A stretch of 64,000 nucleotides of DNA, taken from NCBI RefSeq assembly GCF_963921235.1, contig NC_086098.1, forward strand, positions 3,906,001 to 3,970,000, given 5' to 3'. The translations under genes were made by a program, and so were the position numbers. Within the stretch, counting starts at the first letter, position 1. Each line of letters begins with the position of its first letter. The notes beneath the pieces were generated by a model. That model saw only the letters and a list, made by a program, of their open reading frames with translations, did no database searches and was not told where the DNA came from. Shown here piece after piece: positions 61,626-64,000 of this stretch. This DNA comes from Mobula hypostoma (lineage: Eukaryota).

Positions 61626-62261
61626 GTAAGTGCCTTTCCAGCATGTCTAGTCATTAAGTCTGACTGCTCCTTCAAATATCTCTACTTTGCTTTTAAGAAA
61701 CAAGATATTTTGCCTGAACCCTTAAGTGTAATCCAGCTCAGGGTGGATGAAGGCAACTGGAATTGGACGAGTGGAATGAGGACCTAAGGCAGATCACTGT
61801 GGCAGATACCAGTGAGGCTGATAATTTCTGGTAATGAGAACTGAATCTGTTGTGGAAGTTAATAGTGTTAATCCTATGCTGTTCACTTAGCCACTGCCAC
61901 ACGGGACGAGTGCGCATACTGTACAGGCAGTGTTGTCGGTAAAGTTCAGTTGAATATCTTGAATGTTGGTGTCCTGGTGTGCTCTGCACTATCCCTCAAT
62001 ATTGAATGCAACTTGGTGTCAGAAGTGGCTGATCGTCAATGAATTTGTGCTAGAGACCAAGTGAGATCCCTGACAAGAAAGGATTTATCAGAATCAGATT
62101 TATTATCACCAGCATGTGACGTGAAATGTGTTAACTTAACAGCAGCAGTTCAATGCAATACCATAATCAAAAAAATTTAAAAAAAATAATAAATAAACAA
62201 GCAAATCAATTACAGTATACGTATATTGAATAGATTAAAAAATGTGCAAAAAAACCTTTAA

Positions 62262-64000
62262 CTCTCTGAGGCAGAGCGCTCTGCCCATAGTAAGGGCCTT
62301 ACCTTTGTTCCCCTTCGCCCACATCTCAGCGAGTTCTGCGTGCGCCATGACGCTGAACTCTTCTTCCACCAGCTCCATCTTCGAGCCTACTTCTTCGGCA
62401 AGGACTCTCCCACCCCCACCGATGACCCCTTCTCCTGTCTTCAACCCGCCTCCTCTTCATGGACACCCCGCTCTGGTCTTCTGCCTGCTCTGGATCTCTT
62501 TTTTGCTAACTGCCGATGGGACATCAACCATCTCGACTTCACCACACCTTGTTCCAATTCCAACTCCTTCCGAACGCTCTGCTCTCCACTCCTTCCGCAC
62601 CAATCCTAACCTTACTATAAAACCCGCTGATAAGGGAGGCGCTGTTGTTGTCTGGCGAACTGACCTCTACCTTGCCGAGGCACAGCAACAATTCGCTGAT
62701 ACCTCCTCCCATTTACCCCTTGATCTTGATCCCACCAAGGAGCACCAGGCCATTGTCTCCCACACCATCACCAAACTTATCAGCTCTGGGGATTTCCCAT
62801 CTACAGCCACCAATCTCATTGTTCCCACACCCCGCACTTCCTGTTTCTACCTCCTACCTAAGATCCACAAACCTGCCTGTCCAGGTAGACCTATTGTCTC
62901 AGCTTGCTCCTGCCCCACCGAACTCGTTTCTGCATACCTCGACACGGTTTTATCCCCCCTTGTTCAATCCCTTCCTGCCTATGTTCATGACACATCTCAC
63001 GCTCTGGATTTTTTCAATGATTTTAAGTTCCCTGGCCCCCACCGCCTTATTTTCACCATGGATGTCCAGTCCCTATATACCTTCATCCCCCACCAGGAAG
63101 GTCTCAAAGCTCTCCACTTCTTTTTGGACCCCAGCTAACCAGTTCCCCTCTACCACCACTCTCCTCCGTCTAGCGGAATTAGTCCTTACTCTTAATAATT
63201 TCTCCTTTGGCTCCTTTCACTTCCTCCAAACTAAAGGTGTAGCCATGGGCACCTGTATTGGTCCTAGCTATGCCTGCCTTTTTGTTGGCTTTGTGGAACA
63301 ATCCATGTTCCGAACCTATTCTGGTATCTATCCCCCACTTTTCCTTCGCTACATTAACGACTGCATTGGCGCTGCTTCCTGCACACATGCTGAGCTTGTT
63401 GACTTCATTAACTTTGCCTCCAACTTTCACCCTTCCCTCAAGTTTACCTGGTCCATTTCCAACACCTCCCTCCCCTTTCTTGATCTTTCAGTCTCTATCT
63501 CTGGAGACAGATTATCTACTGATGTCTACTATAAGCCTGCGGACTCTCACAGCTACCTGGACTATTCCTCTTCCCACCCTGTCTCTTGCAAAAATGCCAT
63601 CCCCTTCTCGCAATTCCTCCATCTCCGCCACATCTGTTCTCAGGATGAGGATTTTCATTCCAGGACGAGGGAGATGTCCTCCTTTTTTAAAGAAAGGGGC
63701 TTCCCTTGCTCCACCATCAACTCTGCTGTCAAACGCATCTCCCCCATTTCACACACATCTGCTCTCACTCCATCCTCCCGCCACCCCACTAGGAATAGGG
63801 TTCCCCTTGTCCTCACCTACCACCCCACCAGCCTCCGGGTCCAACATATTATTCTCTGTAACTTCCGCCACCTCCAACGGGATCCCACCACTAAGCACAT
63901 CTTTCCCTCACCCCCTCTCTCTGCTTTCCGCAGGGATCGCTCCCTACGCGACTCCCTTGTCCATTCGTCCCCCCCCGTCCCTCCCCACTGATCTCCCTCC
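62262..64000 (+). mobile_element. Penelope-like retroelement, long RT-coding segment running off the window end
   Basis: Three frames join to give 'TIKPADKGGAVVVW', 'FYLLPKIHK...GRPIVS', 'FTMDVQSLYT', 'QTKGVAMGT' and 'RYIND' (catalytic DD altered to ND); at least two frameshifts, so it is inactive. Confidence 0.93.

Noticed and set aside
160..61989. Most remaining 60-150 aa ORFs in the track
   Set aside because: They are antisense or off-frame reads of LINE, SINE and Penelope fragments, or random ORFs with no recognisable domain or splice context.
62645..63991. 448-aa ORF as a novel protein
   Set aside because: The first ~165 residues are an off-frame read of Penelope RT and the rest is the in-frame RT with YIDD changed to YIND.

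Overview
This is eukaryotic DNA, most likely from a cartilaginous fish (ray or shark; inferred from the repeat families). It lies inside one host gene on the + strand. Five spliced coding exons (38930-39120, 45979-46129, 50260-50390, 57569-57711, 61466-61625) join in frame through GT-AG introns and encode a segment recognisable as MMS22L, a DNA repair/recombination protein. No upstream exon was found, so 1-38929 appears to be part of one very large intron. Most of the window is decayed, nested mobile DNA: CR1/L2-type LINEs, Rex1/Babar LINEs, Penelope-like elements, two tRNA-derived SINE families, a Tc1-like transposon cluster, a TIR MITE and an internally deleted Gypsy element with a PNMA-like gag. 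The most notable signal is about nine copies of a minimal hammerhead-ribozyme motif in Penelope-derived terminal repeats. Several repeat-free, AT-rich islands in the big intron look like conserved non-coding elements, and there are two candidate cryptic exons. I see no evidence for a prokaryotic system or an intact novel protein-coding system. Repeat boundaries were read by eye and are approximate unless a target-site duplication (TSD) is given.
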